From assembly GCA_029256085.1 (NCBI GenBank), contig JAQSYP010000002.1:264426-328425 (forward strand): 64,000 nt of DNA, in the 5' to 3' direction. The notes beneath the pieces were generated by a model, which saw only the letters and a program-made list of their open reading frames with translations, ran no database searches and was not told the origin of the DNA. Shown here piece after piece: positions 1 to 10,463 of this stretch; positions within the stretch are counted from its first letter, which is position 1, and every line of letters starts with the position of its first letter. Both the position numbers and the translations under genes were made by a program. The stretch comes from Bacillales bacterium. Lineage in GTDB: Bacteria > Bacillota > Bacilli > CAJFEE01.

Positions 1-107
1 AGCGCACCACCACAAGCTGACCAACCGATTGAAAGGTTCCTCGGTTGCCAAATAACTAGCACTAGTGTAACTAAAAATATAATTCCTGCTAAAACCGCTT
101 CTAACAA
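1..107 (-). CDS. arsB: arsenical pump membrane protein ArsB, N-terminal fragment (gene continues past window start)
   Basis: Minus-strand translation from the TTG at 107 reads [35 protein letters not shown], matching the conserved ArsB/YdfA N-terminus. GGGGAG RBS upstream; overlaps the arsR stop, so likely translationally coupled. Confidence 0.6.
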   Translation of the reverse strand, partial: MLEAVLAGIIFLVTLVLVIWQPRNLSIGWSACGGA

Positions 108-430
108 TTTAAATCTCCCCTTAATCCCTTTTGTTCTATTTCATTAATCTTTTCTGCCTGGCTTGGAATATATTTAAGAACGTCTAAAACTAATGGATAA
201 TATTCGCTTTCACTATTTAATGAATAAATAATCCATTGTCCTTTTCTTTTTTCATTGACTAACTTTGCATCTTTTAACTTTCGTAAATGTTGGCTTATCG
301 CAGGTTGCGTCATTTGAAAAACTTCAACGAATTCACAAACACAACACTCGTTATGTGACAAGAGCCCAATCATCGATAGTCTTGTTTTATCTCCTAGTAG
401 CTTTAAAATATTTGCAGTACTGTCTAACAA
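101..430 (-). CDS. arsR: ArsR/SmtB family metalloregulatory repressor
   Basis: 109 aa with an ECCVCEF metal-binding motif followed by an HTH ([19 protein letters not shown]). Sits immediately upstream of arsB. Confidence 0.8.
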   Translation of the reverse strand: MLDSTANILKLLGDKTRLSMIGLLSHNECCVCEFVEVFQMTQPAISQHLRKLKDAKLVNEKRKGQWIIYSLNSESEYYPLVLDVLKYIPSQAEKINEIEQKGLRGDLNC

Positions 431-609
431 GATTATTCACCCCCATGGCATAAATATATAATTAATTACTTATATAATAGAACACTTATATATAAAAATA
501 AAGTGAAAATTTCAAACTGTTTTTGAATTACATTCCTCAAAATCCGACAAATTTCAATCAAATATTAGTTTATAATAAACATAATATATTAATTTTGGGA
601 GCGAAATTA

Positions 610-1107
610 GTGGAACGAAAAAGAAAATTTTTAGTATTGTTTATCTCGGCATTTTTGGTTTTATCACTGTACTATAAGAATAAATCTATTAATGTTTCTA
701 ATAGTGATAAACTAGTTATTGAAGATTATCTTAATAATAATATTCTAAAACCTCAATTTGGTGGAAAAGTGATTAGTGCGTTTGAAATACTAGGCTCCAA
801 CAAGGACAATGGAGAGATATTTTTGTGGGCATTACTAACTGAATACTATATGGATGGAAATAATTTAGAAATGGGTACTGGGAGATCTGGACCTATTGTT
901 TTAAATGTAGAACTAATAGATGATCACATTAAAATAAAGGGCTATGTACAGCCAAGAGATGGAAGCTATTATTCAAAAGATATTGAGAAGATGTTCCCAC
1001 TTTTAACTCACAATAAGATATATAATTACTCATCAAAACACATTGATAAGTTGATAAGAATACTAGACATGAAAAAAGAGGAATTATTAAATAAGAAATT
1101 TACATAA
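610..1107 (+). CDS. hypothetical membrane-anchored protein
   Basis: ORF 523..1107. The GTG at 610 is preceded by GGGAG and precedes a basic-then-hydrophobic signal anchor (VERKRKFLVLFISAFLVLSL). No recognisable domain. Confidence 0.4.
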   Translation: MERKRKFLVLFISAFLVLSLYYKNKSINVSNSDKLVIEDYLNNNILKPQFGGKVISAFEILGSNKDNGEIFLWALLTEYYMDGNNLEMGTGRSGPIVLNVELIDDHIKIKGYVQPRDGSYYSKDIEKMFPLLTHNKIYNYSSKHIDKLIRILDMKKEELLNKKFT

Positions 1108-1116
1108 AATATATAG

Positions 1117-1146
1117 AGCCTTCCCAATAATCGGGAAGGCTCTAAA
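1117..1146. terminator. bidirectional rho-independent terminator hairpin
   Basis: Perfect inverted repeat AGAGCCTTCCC-AATAATC-GGGAAGGCTCT lying between convergent genes. Confidence 0.6.
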
Positions 1147-1150
1147 CATA

Positions 1151-2620
1151 TTAATGTGCAGTACTACTTTCTAATCCACCTGGCTTGTTGAAAACTGCTA
1201 CTTTCTCAATTAAATGTGCGCAATTTTCATTTAAACCCACTAGATTAACTTTAATACCATTCTGATGATACTTAATTACAACTCTATCGATTGCATTCAC
1301 ACCAGATTCGTCTTTAACAAACGTATTAGCAAAATTAATTTCTACTTCTTCTGTATTAAGTTTGTAATCAAAAGCACCAAGAAAGTCCGTAGTTGAAGCA
1401 AAAAATAAAATCCCTTCAACAGAGTAAACGTGCTTTTCATTTTTTAATTTATGCTTAACTTTAATTTTCGCCATTTGCGAAGCGAAGAAAATAGCACTCA
1501 GAAGAATTCCACTTATCACACCTATTGCTAAATTGTGTGTAACTACAACTGCAGCAACAGTTACTAGCATTACAGCAGCATCTGATTTAGGAATAGTTAC
1601 TAAACGTTTTACAGAGCCCCAATCAAAAGTACTAATAGACACCATAATCATTACGGCTACTAGAGCTGCTAATGGTATTTGTATAACAAACTTATTTAAC
1701 ACGACAATCAAAATCATAAGGAAAACTCCGGCAACTAACGTAGATAATCTACCACGACCACCTGATTTTACATTAATTATTGATTGACCAATCATTGCAC
1801 ATCCTGCCATACCACCAAAGAAACCTGTAGCAATATTAGCAATACCTTGCCCTCGAGATTCTTTGTTCTTATCACTATCAGTGTCGGTTAAATCATCAAC
1901 GATTTGCGACGTTAATAGAGATTCTATTAAACCAACTAATGCGAGTGAAACAGCATATGGAAAAATAATTTTTAAAGTTTCCAAATTCAACGGAACATTA
2001 GGAAGAATGAAACTAGGTAATGAACCTGTTATCGTGCCCATGTCTCCAATCGTACTTACATCACTTTTTGTGAAAACAGCTATTAAGCTAATAATTATAA
2101 TTGCAACCAACGGTGACGGTACAGCAGTAGTAATTCTTGGGAAAATATAAATTATCGCTAAACCTAGAGCAACTAATGCATACATTACCCATGACTCACC
2201 TTTGAAATACGGTAACTGGGCAGAAAATATTAGAATCGCTAATGAATTAACGAACCCAATCATAACCGAACGTGGAATAAATTTTACTAGATTACCAATT
2301 TTCAAGAAACCTAAAATAATTTGGATTATGCCTGTAAGAATAGTAGCCGCAAACATATACTCAATTCCGTACTTTGCAACTAAACTAACTAAAACTAATG
2401 CCATTGCACCTGTAGCGGCTGAAATCATTCCCGGACGCCCACCAACAAACGCAATAATCACAGCAATACAAAATGATGCATATAGTCCTACCATTGGATC
2501 AACGCCTGCAATAATTGAGAATCCAATTGCTTCAGGGATAAGTGCTAAAGCAACAACAATTCCTGCTAGAACATCTCCTCGCACGTTGGAAAACCATTCT
2601 TGTTGTAACTTTTGTATCAC
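1151..2620 (-). CDS. SulP family inorganic anion (sulfate) permease with C-terminal STAS domain
   Basis: 489 aa. N-terminus ([33 protein letters not shown]) is the SulP signature. Multiple TM segments, then a soluble STAS-like C-terminus. Confidence 0.85.
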   Translation of the reverse strand: MIQKLQQEWFSNVRGDVLAGIVVALALIPEAIGFSIIAGVDPMVGLYASFCIAVIIAFVGGRPGMISAATGAMALVLVSLVAKYGIEYMFAATILTGIIQIILGFLKIGNLVKFIPRSVMIGFVNSLAILIFSAQLPYFKGESWVMYALVALGLAIIYIFPRITTAVPSPLVAIIIISLIAVFTKSDVSTIGDMGTITGSLPSFILPNVPLNLETLKIIFPYAVSLALVGLIESLLTSQIVDDLTDTDSDKNKESRGQGIANIATGFFGGMAGCAMIGQSIINVKSGGRGRLSTLVAGVFLMILIVVLNKFVIQIPLAALVAVMIMVSISTFDWGSVKRLVTIPKSDAAVMLVTVAAVVVTHNLAIGVISGILLSAIFFASQMAKIKVKHKLKNEKHVYSVEGILFFASTTDFLGAFDYKLNTEEVEINFANTFVKDESGVNAIDRVVIKYHQNGIKVNLVGLNENCAHLIEKVAVFNKPGGLESSTAH

Positions 2621-2876
2621 AACAACACCTCTTCCTTTATTAACTTAATTTTGACTTCCACCATATGAAAGTCGCTCCGGCACAATACTGAGAATTATAT
2701 AATAATAGTTTTCCTATTACAACCTGAGAAAATTTAACAATTAAGCTGTACTTATTGATACTTTAATAAATAAAACGTTTACATAAGTAGTAAAATATTT
2801 TTACTAGAAAATAATGGGACAATTTATTTGTTATTCTCTATAATTAGAAAAAGGTAATATCGAGAGGAGTGTTAAT

Positions 2877-3296
2877 TTGTTTAATAAAATTTTACTTGCA
2901 TCTGATGGATCTCCACATTCATTAAGAGCAGCCGAGAAAGCAAAAGTTCTTTGTGAGAATAATCCTAATGCAGAAATTACTATAATTTATATTCTAGATT
3001 CATTAACTTCAAAGTCTGATGTCTTATCTGAAGGAAATATTGAAGATAGGGAAGTAATGAGAAAGCAGCGTTTATCTCAAACAGAGAAATTATTAGATAA
3101 TGCTAATATCAATTACTTAACTAAAATTATTAAAGGTGATCCTGGAACAAGTATAGTTTCCTATGCAAATGAAAATAATTTTGACATAGTAGTAATCGGA
3201 AGTCGTGGACTTAACGGTTTACAAGAAATGGTTCTTGGAAGCGTTAGTCATAAAGTAGCAAAGAGAGCAATTGCACCAGTCTTAATAGTAAAATAG
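2877..3296 (+). CDS. universal stress protein (UspA family)
   Basis: 139 aa. ILLASDGSPHSLRAAEKA at the N-terminus and DIVVIGSRGLNGLQEMVLGSVSHKV at the C-terminus are typical Usp ATP-binding motifs. Confidence 0.8.
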   Translation: MFNKILLASDGSPHSLRAAEKAKVLCENNPNAEITIIYILDSLTSKSDVLSEGNIEDREVMRKQRLSQTEKLLDNANINYLTKIIKGDPGTSIVSYANENNFDIVVIGSRGLNGLQEMVLGSVSHKVAKRAIAPVLIVK

Positions 3297-3297
3297 A

Positions 3298-3322
3298 AAA
3301 AGCTGTCCGCGGACAGCTTTTA
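3298..3322. terminator. bidirectional terminator hairpin
   Basis: AAAAGCTGTCCGCGGACAGCTTTT palindrome between convergent genes. Confidence 0.6.
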
Positions 3323-3784
3323 TTAACTAAAATCTACAAAATCCTCTGAGTTATTTCTAATATATCTCCCAATTATATTAATCGTAGGTTGTGAAATTTT
3401 TGTAAATTTCTCCCTAAATTTTTTAATGACAGCATTACTATCCTTTTTAAATAATCCTTCTAATTCCTCAAAGTGCTGGAACATATCTTTAGCGCAAAAA
3501 TAATCTAATGCTGCTTTAATACCAATCCATACTTTGGGTTGATTATAGTAATACTTAGTCCACCAGCAGTATTCTTCTATGGATTTACTTGCATGATTAT
3601 AGTAAATGATAAACATAAATATTTCTTGTTGGCCTTTACTTAAATCATTATAAACTTCTTCTTTAACCTCTTTGCTTTTCCCCATGATCCTTGGAATTAT
3701 CGGTTCAAAACAGGCATGAACAAGTTGTTCTTCAGATATAGAATCAAATGTTTTTCTACTCATTTTCGCAAGCAATATTACCAA
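3323..3784 (-). CDS. hypothetical protein
   Basis: 153-aa ORF with no recognisable motifs. Start codon uncertain (TTG at 3784 or the ATG giving MSRKTF). Confidence 0.35.
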   Translation of the reverse strand: MVILLAKMSRKTFDSISEEQLVHACFEPIIPRIMGKSKEVKEEVYNDLSKGQQEIFMFIIYYNHASKSIEEYCWWTKYYYNQPKVWIGIKAALDYFCAKDMFQHFEELEGLFKKDSNAVIKKFREKFTKISQPTINIIGRYIRNNSEDFVDFS

Positions 3785-4007
3785 CCCTCAATATATTTAA
3801 TAATTCCTCTGTTATTTTTATTGTAGCAAATTCCTCATGTTAAGTCGCAAGGGTCATATCATGAGCAATAAATGTTTAACTTCCCTATTTTTTACTTTTA
3901 AAGACATAGTCATTTTTTTCATTTATTCTAAAACTACGCAATAGCTTGTACATCAAACTCTCCTTCTACATATTTTGTATAGACTTTGAAAATAAGGAGG
4001 TTTTTTT

Positions 4008-4229
4008 ATGTCACAGTGTCCTGATGGTTGTTGCCAAGGTAACGAAATACTATGTGTTTCCATTCCTTGTCCAATTTCAATTGTACTTTTAGGTCTTGAG
4101 CTTCAATTAGAGTTACCTTGTATTAAACTTACTGCACAAGATAGTTTAACTCCTGCTCAAATTCAACAAATTCTAAGTGTACTTTCTGGAATAATTGGAA
4201 GTCTTGGAACTAATATTGCTTCTGAATAA
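4008..4229 (+). CDS. small cysteine-rich protein (73 aa), function unknown
   Basis: Strong RBS (AAGGAGG) 8 nt upstream of the ATG. N-terminal half has 8 Cys (CPDGCCQGNEILCVSIPCP); C-terminal half is hydrophobic and Gly/Ser-rich. Confidence 0.5.
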   Translation: MSQCPDGCCQGNEILCVSIPCPISIVLLGLELQLELPCIKLTAQDSLTPAQIQQILSVLSGIIGSLGTNIASE

Positions 4230-4283
4230 GGTAACTAAAAATGTTAGAGACTACTTATCTTTAGTAGTCTCTAGCTACATAAT

Positions 4284-5297
4284 CTATTTTAAGAAATGTT
4301 GTGTTACTTTACCTTTCCCCTCTTTAACTTCAACTTCTGCATATGCTCCATTTATAAAAGTAATTTGAGGCGGTAAGTGACCACAGTCAATATCGTATAT
4401 AATTGGTACCTTTAATTCTTCATAAATATCAGAATAAACATCTTCTATTGTATAATTTTCAACACTATGGTTTTCTGGGCTACGACCGAACAAAATCCCT
4501 GAACAATTATCAAACCACCCAGCCAACTTCATCTGTACTAAAGATCTTCTTAGATCAGTTGTTGATAGTTCACAGTTTTCGAAATACCATAATATAGGTT
4601 CTTTCTTTAAATACTCCTTTGAAAATTTTTCAACATTACCATACGGTGTTCCAATTATATGTCGTATTATATCGACACATCCACCGAGTAATCGCCCTCT
4701 AATTTTTTCATTTTGTTTAGATACTGTCTTCCAATAGGTATCTTCCGTTAAGTGGAAAATACAAGGAGACGGGTTGCTATGCTGCCACTCTTTTTGATAT
4801 TTAGGTGAAGATAATTGGGTGATAGATTCCCCTACTTTAGTTGATAAAACGTCTTCCCACATAGCTGTTGTTTCATCGCAAGTCTCACCCCTTAAGTCAA
4901 TTAAGTTTGTACCGTGAGCCGTTGCGATTCCAGTGTTTAACGTGATTGCTAGTAAGAGAAGACTTGTGTCTGAGTAACCTAAAACCCATTTGTTTTTTAC
5001 TTTATCAAAATCAAGATGTTCAAGAATTTCTATTAAAAGTTCTCCACCCCAAGGCGGTATAATAATATTTATATTTTCATCTTGCAGCATCTCATTTAAT
5101 TCTGCTGCACGTGTTTTTGCAGGTGCCGATTTCGCCTTATCTTGAGTCCATGTTGTCTCACCGACTAACACTTTATAGCCTTTTCCCTGCATTTTGTTAA
5201 CTGCGAGTTTAAGTGCATCATGTAAATCTTCTCTTACCCCAGAAGATGGTGCTGTCACACCAATTGTTGATCCTTTTGATAAAAACGGATAAGTAAT
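4284..5297 (-). CDS. S66 family LD-carboxypeptidase (MccF-like)
   Basis: ITYPFLSKGSTIGVTAPSSG N-terminus and a GYSDTSLLLLAI serine-nucleophile motif. Start set at the ATG preceded by GGAGGG (listed ORF 4284..5348). Confidence 0.75.
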   Translation of the reverse strand: MTYPFLSKGSTIGVTAPSSGVREDLHDALKLAVNKMQGKGYKVLVGETTWTQDKAKSAPAKTRAAELNEMLQDENINIIIPPWGGELLIEILEHLDFDKVKNKWVLGYSDTSLLLLAITLNTGIATAHGTNLIDLRGETCDETTAMWEDVLSTKVGESITQLSSPKYQKEWQHSNPSPCIFHLTEDTYWKTVSKQNEKIRGRLLGGCVDIIRHIIGTPYGNVEKFSKEYLKKEPILWYFENCELSTTDLRRSLVQMKLAGWFDNCSGILFGRSPENHSVENYTIEDVYSDIYEELKVPIIYDIDCGHLPPQITFINGAYAEVEVKEGKGKVTQHFLK

Positions 5298-5380
5298 CAT
5301 AAAAATCCCTCCTACGTTGCCCACATTATACATAAATTTCGCCTTCAATGGAAAAATAATACAAAAAGGAGGATAATAAA

Positions 5381-5680
5381 ATGTTTAGAAAAATTATATT
5401 AATAATCAGTTTTAGTTTACTAATGAATTTAGGCATAGCCTCTGCAAAGACTACATTGCCTGGTGCAAAAATCACTGAAGAACAAGCTAAACAAATTGCG
5501 ATGAATACTGTAAGTGGCAAGGTTGTGAAGGTTGAATTAGAAATTGATAATGAAGTACTAGTTTATGAGGTAGATATCCAGACTCCAAACATGGTTTACG
5601 AAGTGAAAGTATGTGCGAAAACAGGTAAAGTTTTAGAGGTAGAAAAAGAAGACGACAAAGTTAAACAGAAAAGAAAGTAA
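5381..5680 (+). CDS. PepSY domain-containing secreted protein
   Basis: Signal peptide followed by a single PepSY-like repeat (EEQAKQIAMNTVSGKVVKVELEIDNEVLVYEVDI). Confidence 0.6.
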   Translation: MFRKIILIISFSLLMNLGIASAKTTLPGAKITEEQAKQIAMNTVSGKVVKVELEIDNEVLVYEVDIQTPNMVYEVKVCAKTGKVLEVEKEDDKVKQKRK

Positions 5681-5687
5681 TTAGAAT

Positions 5688-5712
5688 GCCCCGAACATTT
5701 TTCGGGGCTAAT
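5688..5712. terminator. rho-independent terminator
   Basis: GCCCCGAA-CATTTT-TCGGGGC hairpin between convergent genes. Confidence 0.6.
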
Positions 5713-5751
5713 TTTGTTATATTATTAAGTTTTAGAGTTAATCAGAAACTT

Positions 5752-6384
5752 TTAAGATAGTACTGAAAATCTTTTGTTTTCATGTTTAGGGTTTTCAATT
5801 TCATCTATAACAGCAATTGCATAATCAGCGTAGCTAATATAACTATTTCCATTTGAATCCATTGTTAAAATTTCACTGGCTAACCTATACTTACCGGTTC
5901 TTGGTCCTTCTGGATCAAAGAAAATTGCTGGACTAAGAAACGTCCAAGTAAAGGAATCAACTTTTCTTAATTCATCAAGATTTTTGGCCATACTGCTTGC
6001 TGTTGCATAATATAGTTCCGGAAAATCTGGAGTATTGACTAATTGCAGCTTCATTGAATCATCAACATATAAGCTTCCTGCTCCACCGACAACAAATAAT
6101 TTTGTGTTTGGTGTTCCATTAAGTGCATCGATTAATATTTTGCCTGCAGTCAAGTGACCTTCTTCCTCACCAGGAGCAGTATTAAATGCATTTACAACAA
6201 CATCAAATTCTTTTAAGTCATCTGTAGTTAAATCAAAAATGTTTTTTTCCAAGATACAGACATTTTTGTTTGAAACCTTATCACGGTTTCTAACGATTGC
6301 AGTTACATCATGACCTCTTTCTAATGCTTCCTTCATAATTAGACTACCTGATTTACCACTAGCTCCAATAATACCTAATTTCAT
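5752..6384 (-). CDS. NAD(P)H-binding protein (NmrA/atypical SDR-like)
   Basis: KLGIIGASGKSGSLIMKEALERGHDVTAIVRN Rossmann motif. Start at the ATG after a GGGGGAAAG RBS. Confidence 0.7.
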   Translation of the reverse strand: MKLGIIGASGKSGSLIMKEALERGHDVTAIVRNRDKVSNKNVCILEKNIFDLTTDDLKEFDVVVNAFNTAPGEEEGHLTAGKILIDALNGTPNTKLFVVGGAGSLYVDDSMKLQLVNTPDFPELYYATASSMAKNLDELRKVDSFTWTFLSPAIFFDPEGPRTGKYRLASEILTMDSNGNSYISYADYAIAVIDEIENPKHENKRFSVLS

Positions 6385-6385
6385 C

Positions 6386-6997
6386 TTACTTTCCCCCATT
6401 TCTATTCATTTCCTTCAAAATAACTTTTTCAAAATGTTCTTTACTAGCGACACCCTCAATTCTTTCTTCTCCAATAATGAATGTTGGAACGACACGTATT
6501 CGCTCTTCTGTATATGCAAACTCAAGTGCTTTAACTTGTACAGCTTTATACTTCCTAGAATGTAATGCGTTAGCAAACAAACTAGTATCTAGTCCAATTT
6601 CTCCACCAAGTTTAGTTAGAACTTCGATTTCTCCAATGTTTTGACTCTCTTGAAAAAGAGCTATAAAAATTCTATCGTTATACTCCTTACCTTTACCAAA
6701 TTCTTTTGCGAAGTGATAACCTTCAAAAGCTAAATCGGTATATGGGTGTGGGGAGAAGTTTGGTAGTTGCATTTCGACACCAAATTTTTCAGCCATGGGC
6801 TTAATCGATGTTTCCCAAGCATTTCTTTTAGCAGGATCATTAACCGGATCTAACTTAGGCGAAGGACTAGGGCACAATTCATATGGCATCCACTCAACTT
6901 CAACATCTTTATCTACTACTGCTGCATCAAATGGCGCTTTCGCTAAAAAACAAAACGGACATACATAATCTGAAAAAACTTTTATTTTTAAAGCCAT
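6386..6997 (-). CDS. DsbA family (FrnE-like) thiol-disulfide oxidoreductase
   Basis: CPFC active site inside a thioredoxin-like fold (KIKVFSDYVCPFCFLAK). Confidence 0.75.
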   Translation of the reverse strand: MALKIKVFSDYVCPFCFLAKAPFDAAVVDKDVEVEWMPYELCPSPSPKLDPVNDPAKRNAWETSIKPMAEKFGVEMQLPNFSPHPYTDLAFEGYHFAKEFGKGKEYNDRIFIALFQESQNIGEIEVLTKLGGEIGLDTSLFANALHSRKYKAVQVKALEFAYTEERIRVVPTFIIGEERIEGVASKEHFEKVILKEMNRNGGK

Positions 6998-7068
6998 TTA
7001 ACTTTCTCCCTCCGTTGTAACCGTAACAATTACAGTTACATCAAATTTTAAAAAAAATCGAACAATTA

Positions 7069-7497
7069 TCATTCAATTTTTTTGTTTAATACCTCAACTA
7101 GATCGTTCATGGTAACATTTTTCAAAACATTTTCCATTGCTTCCTGAGCTTGAAGTAATATTATTTCAAGTGTTGCCTGGATATTTGCACCGATTGGACA
7201 ATTTGGATTAGGATTTTCATGTATTTGAAAAAGTTCGCCCTCATCAACAACTTCGACTGCTCTATACACATCAAGTAGTGTAATTTCAACCAATCTCTTT
7301 TGAAGAGATGCTCCTCCAGTACCTAGTCGTACTTGGATGTAGCCAGCCTTTTTTAACATACCCATAATCCTTCTAATTACAACTGCATTAGTATTTACAC
7401 TTCCAGCAATAAACTCAGACGTACATATGTCCTCATTTTGAGTAGAAATAATACTAAGGATATGTACAGCTACTGAGAAACGACTACTTATTTTCAT
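7069..7497 (-). CDS. Rrf2 family transcriptional regulator
   Basis: N-terminus MKISSRFSVAVHILSII…GMLKKAGYI is the Rrf2 winged HTH. First gene of an apparent three-gene minus-strand operon with the DsbA-like and NAD(P)H-binding genes. Confidence 0.8.
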   Translation of the reverse strand: MKISSRFSVAVHILSIISTQNEDICTSEFIAGSVNTNAVVIRRIMGMLKKAGYIQVRLGTGGASLQKRLVEITLLDVYRAVEVVDEGELFQIHENPNPNCPIGANIQATLEIILLQAQEAMENVLKNVTMNDLVEVLNKKIE

Positions 7498-7696
7498 TTA
7501 CAATCACCTCCTGATGTAACTATTATAGTTACATCATTTGTTAAATGTCAAATATTATCTTCCTTCTAAATTAAATATTCGCTGACTATCTGCTCTGACT
7601 TTTACCTATCCAAAAAATACACAATTTAGTTTTTCGCAATATTCTGAAGTTTTGTAGTAAAATTATATGTAAGATAGTTTAAGGGTGGTGGGTAAA

Positions 7697-8398
7697 ATGA
7701 GTCTTGATTTTGATTATAATTATGTCAGGCAAGATAATATTATTGTTTTTTATAAAGAGAAATCATATATTGATGAAACAATTAATGTAATTAAAGAAGC
7801 CCAGGTTACGTTATCCAAATATTTTGAACTAACTTTAGAAAATCATAATATTCGAGTCGTTTTAACACCGAGTAGACTTGAATTTGATAAGCAAGTTTTA
7901 AATTTCTTAAAAATATCTTCCGAAACTCCCTCAAGAAGAAGCAGAATTGCCCAACCTCAAGGTACCGACCTAGTTCTTTTATCACCTACAGCATACTTTC
8001 TAGATTCAATTTACCGCTACAATTATGAAGAATATTCGCGCCTCCTTTGTCATGAACTTACACATATTTACCATGAAATATTATCACCTGATATGGAAAA
8101 AGTTCCGCGATGGTTTTCAGAAGGACTTGCTATATATCTTTCAGAACAGTGGATATATGAAGACGAGTTTAAATTACCTGTTGCTAGTGGGAATATCCCA
8201 ACACTTGATGAAATTAATGAAGATATTAATCTAGCATATGAGTGGGGTTGGCCAATAATTAAATATACAAATGAGATTTATGGAAAAGAAACTATTCTAA
8301 GATGCATCAAACAGGATAATTATCAAGAATTCACTAATTTCATGAGTGCTGAATTTGATTTAATAGAAGAGAACAGTAGGGAGTGGTTTAGTAGGTGA
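7697..8398 (+). CDS. putative zinc metallopeptidase-like protein (HEXXH…E motif)
   Basis: HELTHIYHE followed about 19 residues later by WFSEGLA, a gluzincin-like arrangement. Start at the ATG after GGTGGG. Confidence 0.4.
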   Translation: MSLDFDYNYVRQDNIIVFYKEKSYIDETINVIKEAQVTLSKYFELTLENHNIRVVLTPSRLEFDKQVLNFLKISSETPSRRSRIAQPQGTDLVLLSPTAYFLDSIYRYNYEEYSRLLCHELTHIYHEILSPDMEKVPRWFSEGLAIYLSEQWIYEDEFKLPVASGNIPTLDEINEDINLAYEWGWPIIKYTNEIYGKETILRCIKQDNYQEFTNFMSAEFDLIEENSREWFSR

Positions 8399-8934
8399 AG
8401 AGGATGCTTATTACTTTTTCGGCTTTCATCTTAATTTCTGGTTGTACCGAACACAGAAAATTTGATACTTCAAAACTTGAGGTTGTTGATGCAACTAATA
8501 CTAGTGAAATAGATGAAAATATAAAAAAAGAACAACCTATTGACTATGAAGCACCTTCATTAAAAATAGCTATAGAGTCTCTGCCGTATGATTTAAAACT
8601 TCCGGAAAAGTTACCATTTGAAACTGAGGGATTTAGAGTTAATAGTTTACAAGATTTAAACAAAGAAGGGAAAAAAGGTAATATTATTAGGATTCATTTA
8701 ATGGCTGTTAGTAAAGATAAAAGCAATCCAAAAATAGTAGATATCTTGGTACAAAATCAAAAAATTGAAGTTAATGGTGCAAATGAGGTTGAACTAAAAA
8801 ATAACCTCCATGGATATATTGCTGGTACAACTATTTTTGTTTATAAAGATGGAATTTCTTATTTAATAGGAATTATGGGACATGACGCTAAGAAAATTGA
8901 AAAAGCACTCATTGATCTTGCGAATCAAATATGA
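8395..8934 (+). CDS. hypothetical lipoprotein
   Basis: Signal peptide with lipobox (FILISGC). Start overlaps the upstream stop, suggesting translational coupling. Confidence 0.5.
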   Translation: MKRMLITFSAFILISGCTEHRKFDTSKLEVVDATNTSEIDENIKKEQPIDYEAPSLKIAIESLPYDLKLPEKLPFETEGFRVNSLQDLNKEGKKGNIIRIHLMAVSKDKSNPKIVDILVQNQKIEVNGANEVELKNNLHGYIAGTTIFVYKDGISYLIGIMGHDAKKIEKALIDLANQI

Positions 8935-9001
8935 TTTTCACCATTTCAAAAACACAAGCAATTAGTATAAAATGTAATTTGATGCTTCTTGAGAGGTGAA
9001 C

Positions 9002-10174
9002 ATGGTGAAAAATGTAAAAACTTTACTAGAAATTCTTTTCGTATCAACTTATCTTGGATTAACATCGTTCGGTGGGCCGATCGCACACTTGGGATATTTC
9101 CATAATGAATATGTTCGTAAAAGAAAGTGGCTAGACGAAAAAGCGTACTCTGAATTAGTTGCACTTGCACAATTTTTGCCAGGACCAGCTAGTAGTCAAG
9201 TCGGAATTGGGATAGGGGTAATGCGCGCTGGTTTATTAGGTGGTATCGTATCATTTATAGGATTTACGCTACCTTCTGTCTTAGCTCTAATTTTCTTCGC
9301 ACTCGCAATACAAACAGATATCGCAAAATCTGGTTGGATTAACGGATTAAAAATAGTGGCTGTCGCAATCGTAGCTCAAGCTATTTTAGGTATGGCGAAT
9401 AAACTCACACCCGATTTAAAAAGGAGAATTATTGCCCTTATCTCATTCGTAATTCTATTAATTTGGCAAACGACTTTTACACAAATTAGTGTAATTGTTT
9501 TTTCTGGATTAATTGGATTTCTTCTCTTCAGAAATAAAAGTGAAGTAGAAATTAGTACGGATTTTAATTTTCCAATATCACGAAGTTTCGGAGCAGGCTG
9601 TCTAATATTATTTTTCGGTTTACTCATTCTTCTACCAATATTAAGGGAAAACACTACCTTCAGTTGGGTCCAGATGTTCGATAGTTTTTATCGATCTGGT
9701 TCTTTAGTATTTGGAGGAGGTCACGTAGTGCTCCCACTTTTAGAACGAGAATTTGTTCCATTAGGATTGTTAAGCAAAGAGGATTTCATAGCTGGATACG
9801 GGTTGACTCAAGCGGTTCCCGGCCCGTTATTTACTTTTGCAGCTTATATAGGAGCGGTAATAGGAGGTTGGAAAGGTGGGTTATTAGCAACTTTCGCTAT
9901 TTTTCTTCCGGCATTTTTATTAATATTGGGTGCACTTCCGTTCTGGAATTCGTTACGAAAGAATCCTAAAGTAAATAGTGCTTTTATGGGAGCAAATGCA
10001 TGTGTTGTAGGTATTTTAATATCGGCATTCTATGATCCGATTTGGACAAGTACGGTTAAATCTCCTACCGATTTTGCATTTACTGCAGTATTGTTTAGTA
10101 TGTTAACCTTTGGAAAGCTTCCTCCTTGGCTAGTCGTAATTTCCGGGGCAATTGGTGGTTTTTTATTTTTATAA
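9002..10174 (+). CDS. chrA: chromate efflux transporter ChrA
   Basis: LGLTSFGGPIAHLGYFHNEYVRKRKWLDEKAYSELVALAQFLPGPASSQ is the ChrA signature, duplicated in the C-terminal half (GSLVFGGGHVVLPLL). Start at the ATG after GAGAGG. Confidence 0.85.
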   Translation: MVKNVKTLLEILFVSTYLGLTSFGGPIAHLGYFHNEYVRKRKWLDEKAYSELVALAQFLPGPASSQVGIGIGVMRAGLLGGIVSFIGFTLPSVLALIFFALAIQTDIAKSGWINGLKIVAVAIVAQAILGMANKLTPDLKRRIIALISFVILLIWQTTFTQISVIVFSGLIGFLLFRNKSEVEISTDFNFPISRSFGAGCLILFFGLLILLPILRENTTFSWVQMFDSFYRSGSLVFGGGHVVLPLLEREFVPLGLLSKEDFIAGYGLTQAVPGPLFTFAAYIGAVIGGWKGGLLATFAIFLPAFLLILGALPFWNSLRKNPKVNSAFMGANACVVGILISAFYDPIWTSTVKSPTDFAFTAVLFSMLTFGKLPPWLVVISGAIGGFLFL

Positions 10175-10216
10175 TAGGCTCTGTTTGTTAAGATTGACTT
10201 GATTGGGAGTGTATAA

Positions 10217-10369
10217 ATGAACATTGATATTTTATTACAAAAACTTGCTAAACCAGCTCAAAGAGCAATTCAAAATGAAGGAATAACAACAATAGAACAG
10301 CTATCAAAGTATAGTGAAAAAGAATTTTCTGAACTACATGGAATTGGAAAAACGCTATTAATGTCATAA
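10217..10369 (+). CDS. small hypothetical protein with HhH-like motif (50 aa)
   Basis: ATG to stop; contains ELHGIGKTLL (helix-hairpin-helix-like). Followed by a terminator at 10428–10456. May be a gene remnant. Confidence 0.25.
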   Translation: MNIDILLQKLAKPAQRAIQNEGITTIEQLSKYSEKEFSELHGIGKTLLMS

Positions 10370-10427
10370 AACGAACAATGGATGAGAACGGTATAACATT
10401 TTCACAAAAAAAGTAATACATAAAAAA

Positions 10428-10456
10428 TGGAACTTCTTAGCTTATCTGAAGTTCCA
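10428..10456. terminator. terminator hairpin
   Basis: GGAACTTCTTAGC-TTATC-TGAAGTTCC inverted repeat. Confidence 0.5.
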
Positions 10457-10463
10457 TTTCTCG

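Noticed and set aside
1533-2648. Three listed plus-strand ORFs (84, 95 and 148 aa) inside the SulP gene
   Set aside because: They are antisense to a well-supported 489-aa transporter gene and have repetitive T/A/I-rich translations typical of shadow ORFs.
8946-9170. Listed minus-strand 74-aa ORF overlapping the chrA start
   Set aside because: It overlaps the chrA 5' end and RBS, and has no motif or RBS of its own.
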